A DNA stretch of 64,000 bases from Lophium mytilinum (Eukaryota): assembly GCA_010093605.1 (NCBI GenBank), contig MU004181.1, forward strand, positions 3,038,001 to 3,102,000, written 5' to 3'. The notes under the pieces were generated by a model. It did not search any database, had not been told where the DNA came from, and saw only the letters and a list, made by a program, of their open reading frames with translations. Position numbers and translations under genes: made by a program. Below are positions 48,559-60,492 of the stretch, piece after piece; the stretch's first letter is position 1, and every line of letters starts with the position of its first letter.

Positions 48559-49332
48559 ATGTTTCCCAAGGCCATTATCTCCGCCCTTGTGGCTATCTGC
48601 CTCCTGACCACTCAAACTGCGAGCTCGCCGCTACATCACCTAGAACCTCGAAATGATGGCTCGCAGGTTCTCGTCATGCAGCAGCCTGACAACAGCCTGC
48701 CGGGCCCCACAGGCCTCGTCCTGAAGTACATCCTTCTCGGAATAGGCACGCAGAATTACACCTGCGCCGCACCTGGATCCACAGCTGCTCCAGGCACTAC
48801 CGGAGCTACAGGTACAGTTTCTCCCTCTTATCCAACGCGACCCTGACACTCGTACTAACATTCCATAGCTACTCTCTACGACCTGGGCACCAAGCTTATC
48901 AGCGATCCTCTTGCCAAATGGAAGATCAACACCCTGTCCGGCCTCGCCCTCTCCATGTCATCGTACCCCCAGGTCCTAAGCGCCTTCCTCTCCGCGTCCG
49001 GCTACAACATAGTCGTCGGCAAACACTTCTTCTCTAGCGGAGGCGTCCCCACTTTCGCCCTTCAGAACATCCAAACGAAACCATTCCCTCAGGTCAATGG
49101 CAAGAAGAACGCCACCATGACTGCGCCAGCCTACTCTTGCCCGGGGAAGAGCAACGAAGGCGCTGTCCCTTGGCTCCAACTCATCGACGCTGGCGGATCT
49201 CAAGGCGGCGTCAACACAGTCTACCGCCTCGAGACTGCCGGAGGAAGCGCCCCCGCAACCTGCGCCGACGTCAAGACGACCACTTTCGAGGTTGCTTATG
49301 CCGCTCAGTATTGGATCTACGGGGCCGCTTGA
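48559..49332 (+). CDS. Secreted DUF3455-family protein
   Basis: Signal peptide, LGIGTQNYTC, ATLYD, GKHFF, AVPWLQL, VYRLETAGGSAPATC, YAAQYWIYG; intron about 48812-48868. Confidence 0.88.
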
Positions 49333-50631
49333 TCGCATAGAGCGTGGCCTATCTGGCTAGAGGATGCAGCAATGCTGGAGAGAAGCGCGTGGTCATATTT
49401 CCTTTCCATCTGCATACATTGTCACTGGCGCTGGTGTTTCGGTAACGGGCCCGCAGCGGCTTCATCGGGCGGCTTTCTGATTTTCCACCAAAATATCTTA
49501 GAACCTAATTTCAACTCAGCGAACTGAGTGTCCTGCATCACCCTTCAGTCTAACTGCCGTACGACGTGATTTACGGTCTCAACGCCGTCGGAGGTGGTTC
49601 CTCAAGCTAAAAAGCCTACCAAAACCATGAATTTCGTCTAACTCCAGATATCCAAATCAGAGTACTCTCTTCTCCTCAGCACGCTGCCATTCCCGCCACC
49701 ACCCGTCTTCCTCATCCCGCAAGCGCCTCAAACCCACCTCGCCCGTATACCCGCTCCCAGCGCTCTCCACTTTCCCTTCTCTCATCGCCCCCGTAGCCGC
49801 CGGCGCCACAAAACCCCGCCCGATCATATTACGAAGCCGCCCAATCTCCGACCCACTCAGCACGCGAGGCGAGTCGCCTGTGCGACATAACCAGCCCGCG
49901 TAACAATAACTAACGCAGGCTCGGAAGAACGCAGCGTAACAAACCAGCTTTTCCAACCTCGCAAAGCTGATTCCAGCCACTCACCAGCGTCCAGTAACCG
50001 TAATTTACCCTTGCAGCCCCATCTGCAACGCTAACCACAGCGTGCGTCCGCGGGCTGGAGAATACCGTTACCTAGCGTTGCCTCTAGCGGGCGAGATAAA
50101 TTAAACCTCCCCTGGTAACACGACTGCCCTTCCCAACCGCCCGTGTACTGTATCCCGTACCCGCCGCCCGGCTGCCGGATAGATTGCGTGTTGCGGGCGA
50201 CTGTGTGCTGGGCCCGGCCGGCCCGCCGTGCGAACACCACCTGCCGTTGTGGAATAGTGCGAGGGGGGGCAGGGCGGTTAGCTATATGTGGGCGTGATAT
50301 GGGCAGACGTTGAGGTTTGCGGCTCGGGGTGGGACCGATCGGGTGCGAGGGCGGCCGGACTATTGGAGATGGCCAGGTTGTGGGCGCTGATTGGCTGGGT
50401 GGGGGCTGGGGATTTATGCGTTGGAGGCGGGACGGCGCGAGGCTGGGAGTGGGGAGGCTGGGTAGGGCTGAGAGGAGAGAGTCGTGGTTGGTAGAGATGG
50501 AGGTGTTTAAGGGTATTATAGGTTATGTAGGTGGTTACGTATGTGTGGTTTATGGCGTAATTGTAGGTATTTACAGGAGTTTCTGCTTTTGTGTCTATTT
50601 GCTTTTCATACACGACGGGCTACGGATCTGG

Positions 50632-51825
50632 TTATATCTTTGAGTCTTTATTACCTTCTCCCGTTTTCGCTAGTACGTCACCAATCCAGCCCACAGCTCG
50701 ATCAGACATGACAGGCGTGAAAGCATGGCCAACGCCGTCGAAAACGACATCCTCAAATCCTATATCTAATTCTGGATCCTCGTGTAAAGTCTTCTGTAGC
50801 ACTTGCAGGAATGGATCGCCTGCTGCGTATGGCACTAGCTTATCTGCGCCTCCAGAAAGGTTCAGGATCCTCTTTGACCCAAGATGCTGCTGTAATAGCT
50901 GCTTGAACTTCTGCAATGCCACCGGAGACGGCGACGAACCGTCCTCTAGGTCTGGCAGTAGTAAACCGGCGGGGTCATAGCGCGCGATGGCGTCAATCAG
51001 AGACTGGGGGAAGTCTTGCGAGCCGAGGAAGGAGGAGCCAGGTGGTGAGGTAGATGTCCATGTCTTGAGCTTAGATTTGGCGGCTCGATCAGTCATGAGG
51101 CGAGTATAGTCTGGACAGCCGATGACTGCCACAGCGGCAGTGATACGAGCGTCATGTAGGATGCAGTGCCATGCTGCGTGACCACCCAGCGAGACTCCAA
51201 GAACGAGGTGCTGTGTCAGACGGTGTGGTGAGGGTGGGTGGAATATGTAGGAAGGAAGATAGGTCAGGAGGTGGGAGGTGTCGACTGCGGTACCATCTAG
51301 CAACTTTTAGCTGATATCCTGGATTGACGCTACTTGAGACGCAGCAGCATGCTTTAAAAAATCACAATCAGACGCATGTTGGTCATTCTGTAAACGCGCT
51401 GGGGAATCTCAAACGTCGTTGTGGCCGAAATAGCTGGACTCACGGTAGCAAGAGAACATATCCTGAGCGTGTCTTGTGTTGCCCTGTCGCCAGGCCTCAT
51501 TCGCGAGCTTGTCAACCCGCCTCGAGCCATGATTACGCTGGTCAAAGGATACAGCAATTAAGCCTTTGGGTGTTTTGCCGGCTTTCCCATCTCTTATCCG
51601 ATCATTCCAGGCGTGAATGGTCTTCGCGGCGACCGGCGCCATTGTTTCCTGTGTTTGGAGCCGGGGATGAAGAAGCCAAAGGCAGGCAACTGGCTCAATG
51701 GATGGAGTAAGGTCATCGAGGCCATACACTGTAGTTAGAATACCGGCAATAGTAAAGGTCTTGCGTGAGATGGCTGGATAAGAGGGCGCGTAGGTGTCAT
51801 GGAGCGGATTAGTAGCGGCGGCCAT
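50632..51825 (-). CDS. Alpha/beta hydrolase
   Basis: WLLHPRLQT, SFDQRNHGSR, nucleophile elbow GVSLGG, GADKLVP, GVGH; one intron. Confidence 0.88.
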
Positions 51826-52057
51826 AGCTACGGCATACACCAGATACGATACTGTTTGATTGATGAGGAGGACTGATTCCGAATTGCAGTATTTAGCGGT
51901 TTCATAATAGCGGGGAGTAGTGGTGAATGACGGCTCTGGGCCTCGGGACGGCAGAAACGTTCACAGCCTTGCAGACCGCCAAGCAGGGTCGACCAGTATT
52001 TGGGCCCGATCATCAAACACCAATTCCTCAACACCATTCCCAAACACTCCCCCAGAT

Positions 52058-53883
52058 ATGGCCGAACAACCGCAATCTCGCGGCAGCACGCCCGGTGCCG
52101 CCCCTCCTTTACGACGCCCGCTTGAAGACGACCACCATGCGCCCGCTGTTTCATCCCCACTCAACCCCAATCCAGATGGTGCAGCGCGGTCGCGTCCGGC
52201 GCGTCCCCCGCCTCGAGAACAGCGCGAGAAACGTGAGACGTTGAAGAAGAGAGAGGCCTCCGCAAGCGCACGGGGAGGCACACCGAATCCGAAGAGCAAG
52301 AAGAATGGAGTCTCTACACCCTCGCCTATGCGATACAGCGTCCCGGAACCCAAAGTGTCAGATTATGAAGTGCCAAAGGATGGCATCTTTGCGTCGCATG
52401 AGCCCAGCCCTATTCTCACTCCAAACGAGCAGACAGAGTTAAAAAAAGCTGTGGATCAGTCAGTATATTGGGACTCTTCAACACAGGTGAGGCTAACATC
52501 ACTACCAGTGCCTGGAACAAGAAAGGCTACCGCTACACCCACTGCGTCGCCGATCCTCACTTTCGCCATAAGCAATTCTACCGGCAATCAGATTCTCGTC
52601 CCTATGGTCCACGAATGAGCCATGAAGATTGCGACAAATGGTTCCACTTCGACGAGTCGGCAAGCATGGTCACAAATGAGAAAGGATGGCGAATGGGACG
52701 AGGCAATGTTGTGGCCCGCGAAGGACGGTTCTACTACGAAGTGAAGATCCTAAAAGGCATACCAACAGACGGACCACCTGCTTTGAAGCACTCAGAAAAC
52801 GGACACCCCATTGCACAGCCGCACGTGCGCATGGGCTGGGCGAGAAGAGAGGCACCTTTGGACGCGCCGGTGGGGTTCGATGGGTACAGCTACGCTATCA
52901 CTGACTTACGACTGGAGACAATACACCGCTCGCGGGCGAGCAAGATATTCAAACCTCTACCAAAGGGCACAAAAGCTAAACACATGAAAGCTCGCCCCCC
53001 TCTTGGGAAGCCGTCGCCAGTGGAGTATATCACCGACATGGACGTTCGCGAGGGCGATGTCATCGGACTTGAGATTCAGCTGCCATCGCTATCTATGCAC
53101 CGGAAAGTTGTGGAAGGAATATACAACCCAGCTGTAGACATAGGAGACGGATTTGATGCGTCGCCTCATTCTTCTGGCCCAAGGGATCCCTTGAATATGG
53201 ATAAGCCATTAGACATCATAAGAGACCGTATTCCCGTTCCGTACAAAGGAAGCTTCTATTTCGAGCAGCTAGACTACGTCGCTACTAAGCCTATGGAATC
53301 ATACTCGGATAGAGGGCCAGCAACCAAGACTATCCTATCCCCCAATCACGAAGATCCCCCATTACGGTCACTGCCACAATCGGCAATCAAGGTTTACAAG
53401 AATGGAAAAGAGGTAGGCATCGCATTCGAGAATCTCCTATCATTCCTCCCACCAGCGAGCGCTCCATCGGCGCCAGCTGGTGCTAGGCTCGGCTTCGACG
53501 ACGGAATGGTTGGCTATTTTCCGTCCATTGCAGCCTTTTGCGGCGGCATAGCTCAAGTCAATTTTGGTCCGGATTTCTGGTGTCCACCCGAAGAGATTGT
53601 CAACCAGTCGAAGGATGTTGACATGGCTGGAAGTGATAATAATGATGGCATACCCGAAGGCAGGAAGCTGCGCGCGATTGGGGACAGATACAAGGAGCAA
53701 ATTGCTGAAGACGTCGTATGGGATATTATCGATGAAGTGGACTTCTTCACCCAGGATGGTGGTTGGGACTATAGAGGCGAATTCGACCCTAGTATCAGTG
53801 CGATCAAAGCTACACCGACTGCCAGAGGCATGGCTGGAGGCTTGGATGACGGCGTTGGCGTGGAAGTTGGGCGACGGTACTAA
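52058..53883 (+). CDS. BRE2: COMPASS (Set1C) subunit Bre2/Ash2, SPRY domain
   Basis: NKKGYRYTHC, EKGWRMGRGNV, FYYEVKI, PHVRMGWARREAPLDAPVGFDGYSY, VNFGPDFW, RYKEQIAEDVVWDIIDEV; one intron near 52460-52508. Confidence 0.93.
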
Positions 53884-54214
53884 TGCCGCAAATGAACGGC
53901 GTGTTGACTCTGGAGTTCGGTACCCACGGCGCACGCAGTACCATGTTGTTAGAGGTGTATACTATTCTTCTACTACTTCAGTGTCCTCGGGTCTGAAACC
54001 TCCTCTAATAGCCCAGTGTTGTTCATGGTTAGCCCACGAGCGCTCGAAACCCATTGCGGCACATTGAAGTCCTCAAGGTAGCAGTAAATCAGCATGCACT
54101 GCACATGTCGACCGTAAAAAATCTAATCCATTGACTGCTATACCCTTTCAGCTCTTTCTGCTCACGTGGCCTGAATGGGGGTGTCAGAGGACTGGAAGCT
54201 CCTACAGGGATCCT

Positions 54215-55149
54215 TCAGTATGGTCTCATGAGATCCACCTTCTCGTTAGCCTTGGACCTGGTCGCGTACTCCCGGACTGTCATATCGACCCAGGATACTC
54301 TCCGCTCTGGATCCGCTCCCTTCTCTAACAACCCTTTAGCCTCTTGCACTCTTCCCGGCTTAATTGTGCAGAATAGTGGCGTCCCCCATACCCCCTCCCC
54401 GGACCTTACCGCATCATCAACTGCATTTACATCCAGTCCGATGCCAACCAAGTACTCCATCATAGGAATCCTAGATCCGGGTGGGGCATCGAATCCAGCG
54501 CGAGCAGCGGAGTGAAGAGGGGACGCATTAGAGATATCTGCACCATGGGCAACAAGAAGGGCAAACATCTCCGGCGTGGAATAGGCTGCTGCAGCGTCGA
54601 GAGCGGCGCCAGAGTTCTGCATTGGACGGATCTCATATGAATGACGCTCTTGGGGACATAGTGGTGGACCTAGATTGGGGTTTGCGCCTTGCGATAGAAG
54701 ATACCGGACAAAGGCCTCGTCGTTACGTGCGACGACTGTACTGTGTACACGGTCAGCATATCATAGCGTATTGATGTGAATGAAGGTGCTTACGGAAGAA
54801 TAACATTGCCGAAAGGCCATGGATCATTTACACAAAACCCAAACTCGATCAGCAGTTTCACTGCTTCCACCGAATCTACATAATACATTGTCCCAGCATG
54901 CCACTTGACTCCGAGTTCTAGGAGGCAACGGGCTATGTCAAGCCGTCCCGCCTTGAAAGCATCGGTGAGTCCCCACGTAAGTGAGCCGTCGTTCCGGTCG
55001 CGGCCAGATGCTAGCTGCGAAACTACAGCTACGTCGCCCGTCTTCGACCGACAGGCTTCAAGGAAAGCAGGAAGGGATGGATCGGCTGGGTTGAGAACTC
55101 GAACCATTACTGCGCTGGGCTCTAGGCCCGGCGGCGGTGAATAAGGCAT
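54215..55149 (-). CDS. Ankyrin repeat protein
   Basis: AGRLDIARCLLELG, AVKLLIEFGFCVN, FVRYLLSQGANPN, SPLHSAA, GTPL..LLEKGADP; intron about 54742-54792. Confidence 0.85.
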
Positions 55150-56248
55150 CTTCAAGGGTATGAAAACAGCTTGAAGCAAGTTCAGAGGAGAGGTAGGTAT
55201 ATACTCCAACTTGAGGCCCAATCTTAAGACTGTGGTTTGGGCAGATGTGTTTGGGATGTGGCGGCACGATAGAAGTTGTACTTCCTCTGGACAAGGCCGT
55301 GGTGAATGATCCTATGCTATTTTCGTCCATCTGACTAGATTCCGATGGTTTGGGCCTTTGAGTTTCATCCCTCCGAGCCAAGGCGTCCCAAGTAACCCCT
55401 GTCAAACTTCCCGCCGCTAGAATAATCGCGGGTATTTAGAGCACCCCCTATTCCATTGGTGACCAGTTTGATACTTCTACCACATATCAAAACAGCCACA
55501 AATTTCGCCGAGCACTATATAATTGTATTCCTATGATCCAAGACTGAGGCAGATCTAGTGCTGGAGTCTCCACGGATCCGAACGGCAACTCTTGACGCTT
55601 TGTTCTATTCTAAGCGCCCTGGCGCCAGACATGCTGCAACAATGTTCGGTTCCCAGCGAATTCGAAACCCTAGACCCCACAAGGTACTTGGATATAAACA
55701 TCGGGCATATCTCTGGTAAGAGTGAACTACGGCGGTTCGGCTAAGAAAAGCAGCGCTACCCTACCGATTTCAGCGCTTAACTTCGAAAAACGCAAGGCTG
55801 CGGCGTGGGTTTCATTTCAAACACACAAGAAGGGAAAATCTACCCTACTTGGTTGGCTGAATGTGCCAAGGGACCCACCCATAAAGGATGCTTTTTGTGG
55901 GTATGTTATGCAGCGGTTAAACCAAAGAAAGGCAAGGCTGTATATTGCGACGTTGGTTAGATTCTAAAGACTCGATTGGTGAAAATCCAACCTTCTTAGT
56001 TGGTTGACTGTACCACAGGACCTACCCGCCAATGCCACCCCAAACATCGAGGCAAGTCTGCTGGCATATCTTTCGTCGGGATTGCGGCGTATGACTAGCA
56101 ATATTAGGCAGGGCTGCGGCGTAGGTTTGATTTCGAGAATTTATTTATGCATAGGACGATAATCTATACCTACTGCCCTTTGGGACTGAAAGTCCTGCGG
56201 ACCTTTAATATGTCTTTCGTACCCCTTCATATATGTTGAAGTATATGA

Positions 56249-56320
56249 CTTTCGTTCATCACATTCGTTTCGTTTATCACATCCGTTTCGTTCATCACAT
56301 CCGTTTCGTTCATCACGTCC
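56249..56320. repeat. 18-bp minisatellite, about 4 copies, in the 5' leader of the secreted-protein gene
   Basis: TTTCGTTCATCACAT(T/C)CG repeated directly after TATA-like TATATG elements. Confidence 0.85.
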
Positions 56321-56396
56321 CGAGCATATTGACCCCTACGTCTTCATCACTCTTTTCACATTCGTTCATACAATGGCAACGAGACCTCACTTTACC

Positions 56397-59300
56397 ATGA
56401 AGGCGTACTTGTTCATTCTTTTACAAAGTTATTTGGTCCTTGTCTCAGCACAAACTGCTAGCGGAACAGGAACGGCTGTCATCACCAATGGAATACCAAG
56501 ACCGCCGCCCATTTTACCTTTATATCCTATCCCTATAAATAGTACCGGAATACTGGGAGGAACCGGACCAGGAGTGACTCCAAGCACATCGCAACCCAAA
56601 ACGACGTTTTCGTCGGGAACTGCTGCAGGCACGAGCTCATCAGCTTTAGTCGCAGTCCCGTTCTCATTAAGTTCAGCGTCAGTCACTACCTCTTCAGTGA
56701 ACGGACCGTTAGATACTACATCCGCCCCGACCGAGAGCACGAACAGTTTTCCGATCTCGAGCTCTTCCATTTTATTATCTCCCGATTCAAGCGAAAGTGT
56801 GTCTTCTTCGTCGAGCTTGCAATCAACCATAGCAACTGAGCCTACGACCACACCTACTGCCACCGCGATTACGTCTTCGAGAACCGGATCAATTACCGCA
56901 GCTCCCTCAAGTACGAACATTATTCTGCCATCTGGAATTATCCTCACACCAGCCACTGCCGTCCTTGGTACGACAGGCACTGAGATTAAGACCAGCGCTT
57001 CAGACCTCTCAAGCTTGATAATAGGCATATTCCCAATTATTCAACAATGGATCGATGACCCCGGACATCAGCCTCCTAAAGTCACGGCAGTAACGGACGG
57101 GCTCAACAATATACTTCCTAGAGCATCCGAGTTCTTGAATAGGCTACCGAAACCCACCGATCCGATTGAACCATGTCAAAAAGGATCATCGAGGCGTTCA
57201 CTTCAAAAGAGGTCATTCCTTGACGGCTTGTTCAAATCGGTATTCAATCTAGTCACTTGTGTTGTTGACGACGGAAATAAGCTGAAAGACGGCATTACCG
57301 AGGGAGTTGAGGACACTGTGAAGACACTTACGAATGACTTAAGACCGATGATTGATGCTCTTAACAAAGTTGACCCTGGCGACGACTCCGACCCGTCTGC
57401 CTCAGTATCTAGTCAGCAGAGCTCTTCCCGGCAGTCTTCGTCCTCGTCGTCCTCCTCCTGCAGCTTGGAGACCGTAAGCAATTGTCAAATTGCTTGCACA
57501 GCAACAGCAATCACGACAGTAGGCGGAGCTAATATAGGAGCGGATGGCGAAGCATGTAGAACAATCTGCAGAATGTTGGACTGAAAAACCCCAAACAATA
57601 TCGGATGAGACAAGCTGTTTGAGACAAACCCATCTGTAGCCTATATCAGAAGAATCAACCCCCTCCTAACGGAGGGTATGGGTTTCCGAATTTCAACATG
57701 GTAGCTCAGATGGTTATTCACCAATTTGCCGGGGCCCATCCACCCTATCAGGGGGTGTAAAACATCTGCTCACCACCCACAGCTATTCACCACTTGCGCC
57801 TATCCACCACTCGCTATTGTACCGTGGCCGACCAGATGAATCCAAGCAGCTGTATCCGACACCTAGGGCAGATGAATCCGTTTCCCACGAGCCTGAGAGC
57901 CGTGATGAGAGCCTGTACCTGGAATCGTTTGAGAACCGTCTGCAGAGAGCCTGCCGGAGCGGATGGTGCGAAGGAAGGGAGGATACGGAGGACAAGGAAG
58001 AGAGAATGGGGCGGCATTTACTAGACAAGAAGGCTGTTTATTACGGAAGGAGGTCAGCATTTACCATCGAGAAGGGGGCCAAGAGTATCGTTTGTGGTTT
58101 TCTGGGGGAGTGTTGGACTGAAAAACCCCAAACAATATCGGATGAGACAAGCTGTTTGAGACAAACCCATCTGTAGCCTATATCAGAAGAATCAACCCCC
58201 TCCTAACGGAGGGTATGGGTTTCCGAATTTCAACACAGAACACCTATCACAGCGTGTAGTGCTACTGCGGTAACATCAGTGTTTACGTCTACTGTAACAT
58301 CTACCTCTTCAGGATTTCAGATATGCTCCCCCGGTTGCTCAGAATGTGCACATAATAAGGCGCCACCACAGCCCACGGGCATCAACCTCTCAGGCGTAAT
58401 GACGGCGTCTAACGGTCACCTTTTCCTTCCCCCGGAGACCTCACTACCCGCGGATGAAACTCTCGCAGCCCGTGGTACGTATCCAAAAGAAACCAGCACC
58501 CCAGGCCAAGGACCTTCCAAGAGAGCACTCTTCAATCCCAAAGATGCGCTTTTCAGTAACGTGAAGGACTTCATTCTATTTCAACTCGTTATGGCAACTA
58601 TTCTTGACCACGGCGAAACCGCCAGTGTCTGCTCGACTGCTATGACTTATACCTTAACAGACGTTCCGGATCTCTGGGCAGTGGTTAATCTTTACGGCTG
58701 CACATCCGTTATTGTGGTCTCCCGAAAGCGAATATGGATGTCGCACTTTTGGGAGGGCCCTTCCTTCCTACAGCCCAACAACTTCCGTCCGGAAGTTCTC
58801 GATGCAATGCGCAACGGCGGTGCAGGCATCCAGCAAGGAATTGCCGCATTCACAGGCCCCGGTGGCGATTTCGAAAACACACCAGAGAACAAAGTCCGTG
58901 CCTTCATTGTCACGCCGTATCGGCGTGGTGAATTTAATCCGGCACACGATGATTGGCAATTTCCGTCTGAAATTGGAAAAATGAGAGATGTATTGCACGA
59001 CATCTTAGGAAGGGAAGACGAATTGATGTACGTTCTACCCAAACTTACTACCTAGGTTAATGCTAATTCACCAAAAGCATTCCATATATTACCCGAGGGC
59101 GCGACCCGGGAGTCCCTGGTGCTCCTGGCTTTTACACCATGCCTTACGGTAAGGTCATAGTCCAATATGACCCTTTGCAAGCGCGTATGCAGGGGCCTGG
59201 GGGTGCCAGTTGCAAAGGGCCCAGCTCGAGGTACTGAGAGCCCTTCCCTACCAGTATTAGTGAAGCTACATATCGGATACTTATTGCACTTTACCTTTGT

Positions 59301-59936
59301 AGATATGGGTCGAAGATAACCCACAGTATCGATACCGGGATTACTGGCAAGCTTTGCCAAACCAGGTTGTGCCGCTACCACTTTCTCAGTCTGGCCAAAT
59401 GAAGCGAGTGCTTCCATCACCTCCACTTACGGAGGTAGATGAGGATGACTGGGAAGAATTTCGTGAACCGCTCAAGCGGCAAGATGGTGGCTCTTGTCCT
59501 CTAGCCAATAGTGCTCTTTCCGCATCTAGTTCTGTCTCTGCCGCTGAAACAGCATCCAGCCAGGCCGTAGAGCCGACGACAGCACAGACCGGAGATCCTA
59601 CGACACTACAAACCAAAGACCCGACAACACTCCAGACCGTCACTGTCTCGAACTCCATCTCAACAGCTCCTAGTCCGCCTTCACCAGCGACTGAGCCTCC
59701 ACCAGCACTAGATCCGGCCCCCTCGCCTTCTTCACTGCCAGCATATTCTTGTAAACCGCCGTAAGTTGTACAAAGCTATACTAAAGGAAAATATATTAAC
59801 AAACGCTAGCCTTGACGAACCCTCCGCAACTCGGTGTTTATGTTACCCAGTGAATTGTGTCAAGCTTTGCGAAGGAGTAGAACTGAAAAAGGGTGAGAAT
59901 GGGTGTGATGATCAATGCAATGGATGTCAGGTTTGA
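56397..59936 (+). pseudogene. Secreted multi-domain precursor (Ser/Thr-rich, Kex2 sites, LYGC..H deamidase-like domain, Cys-rich tail), disrupted by TRIM insertion
   Basis: Signal MKAYLFILLQSYLVLVSA; removing 57574-58240 restores TICRTPITACSATAV in frame with ORF 58279; three 3' introns; apparent frameshift in a G5 run at 59199-59203; ends ..GCDDQCNGCQV*. Confidence 0.8.
57574..58235 (+). mobile_element. TRIM (terminal-repeat retrotransposon in miniature), 662 bp, non-autonomous
   Basis: Identical 125-bp LTRs 57574-57698 and 58111-58235 with TGTTG..CAACA ends, PBS-like TGGTAGCT at 57699, PPT GGGGGAG at 58104-58110, 5-bp TSD CAGAA (57569-57573 and 58236-58240), 412-bp interior without recognisable gag/pol. 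Confidence 0.95.
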
Positions 59937-60298
59937 GTTGAGTAGGGGAGCTGCAAAACGAAGGGCTTGACTCCTAGGAGGTATTGATAGGGATGTATTA
60001 GTATTGTACACATAGGAAGTGGTAAGCAAGGGAGCGCGGAGGTGCATCGGAAGGCACTACGGTTCGAGACTTAGGACCCGGAAACTGGAACATAGTGAGA
60101 CTACCATCTCAAAAGGCAGGGGGATAGCACAATGCTCAGACAGGTCTGGGGGCTCAGACTTGCTGTGATTAGTTTTGAGGGTGGAATTGAATAGTAATGA
60201 TTTGAAGTCATAACTTCAACCTATCTTATCTGCTATCAATGATGCTGCCTGCCCAAACCATGCTCTGCCTCAGCTCATAGAGTATCCAATGCCCACCC

Positions 60299-60350
60299 GC
60301 TGATCTGTTGAAGCCAACACCTGCTGATCTGTCGAAGCCAATATGCTGAT
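60299..60350. repeat. 24-bp tandem duplication downstream of the MYND gene
   Basis: GCTGATCTGTTGAAGCCAACACCT / GCTGATCTGTCGAAGCCAATAT, then GCTGAT. Confidence 0.75.
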
Positions 60351-60492
60351 TTAGATAATTAGACGCCTGCTTCCTTGACTCCATCAGGGCTACCACCAGA
60401 AACTGCCCGTCATCCTAGGATCATCTTATAGCTGCTTGATGTGGTTGAGTAGCCAGGACTGACTGGTCGGCAAAGCCATCCGGGGCTGAAGG

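Noticed and set aside
49650..50613. Possible - strand gene (ORFs 49657-49980, 50031-50240, 50278-50613)
   Set aside because: Low-complexity skewed sequence; splice-like sites exist but no consistent start-to-stop model could be built.
56429..57028. 199-aa antisense ORF, and similar antisense ORFs over ALDH, the GTPase, BCS1 and BRE2
   Set aside because: Shadows of real coding frames caused by codon bias.
57699..57720. tRNA gene or Pol III A-box (TAGCTCAGATGG) inside the TRIM
   Set aside because: No B-box or cloverleaf follows; its position fits a primer-binding site better.
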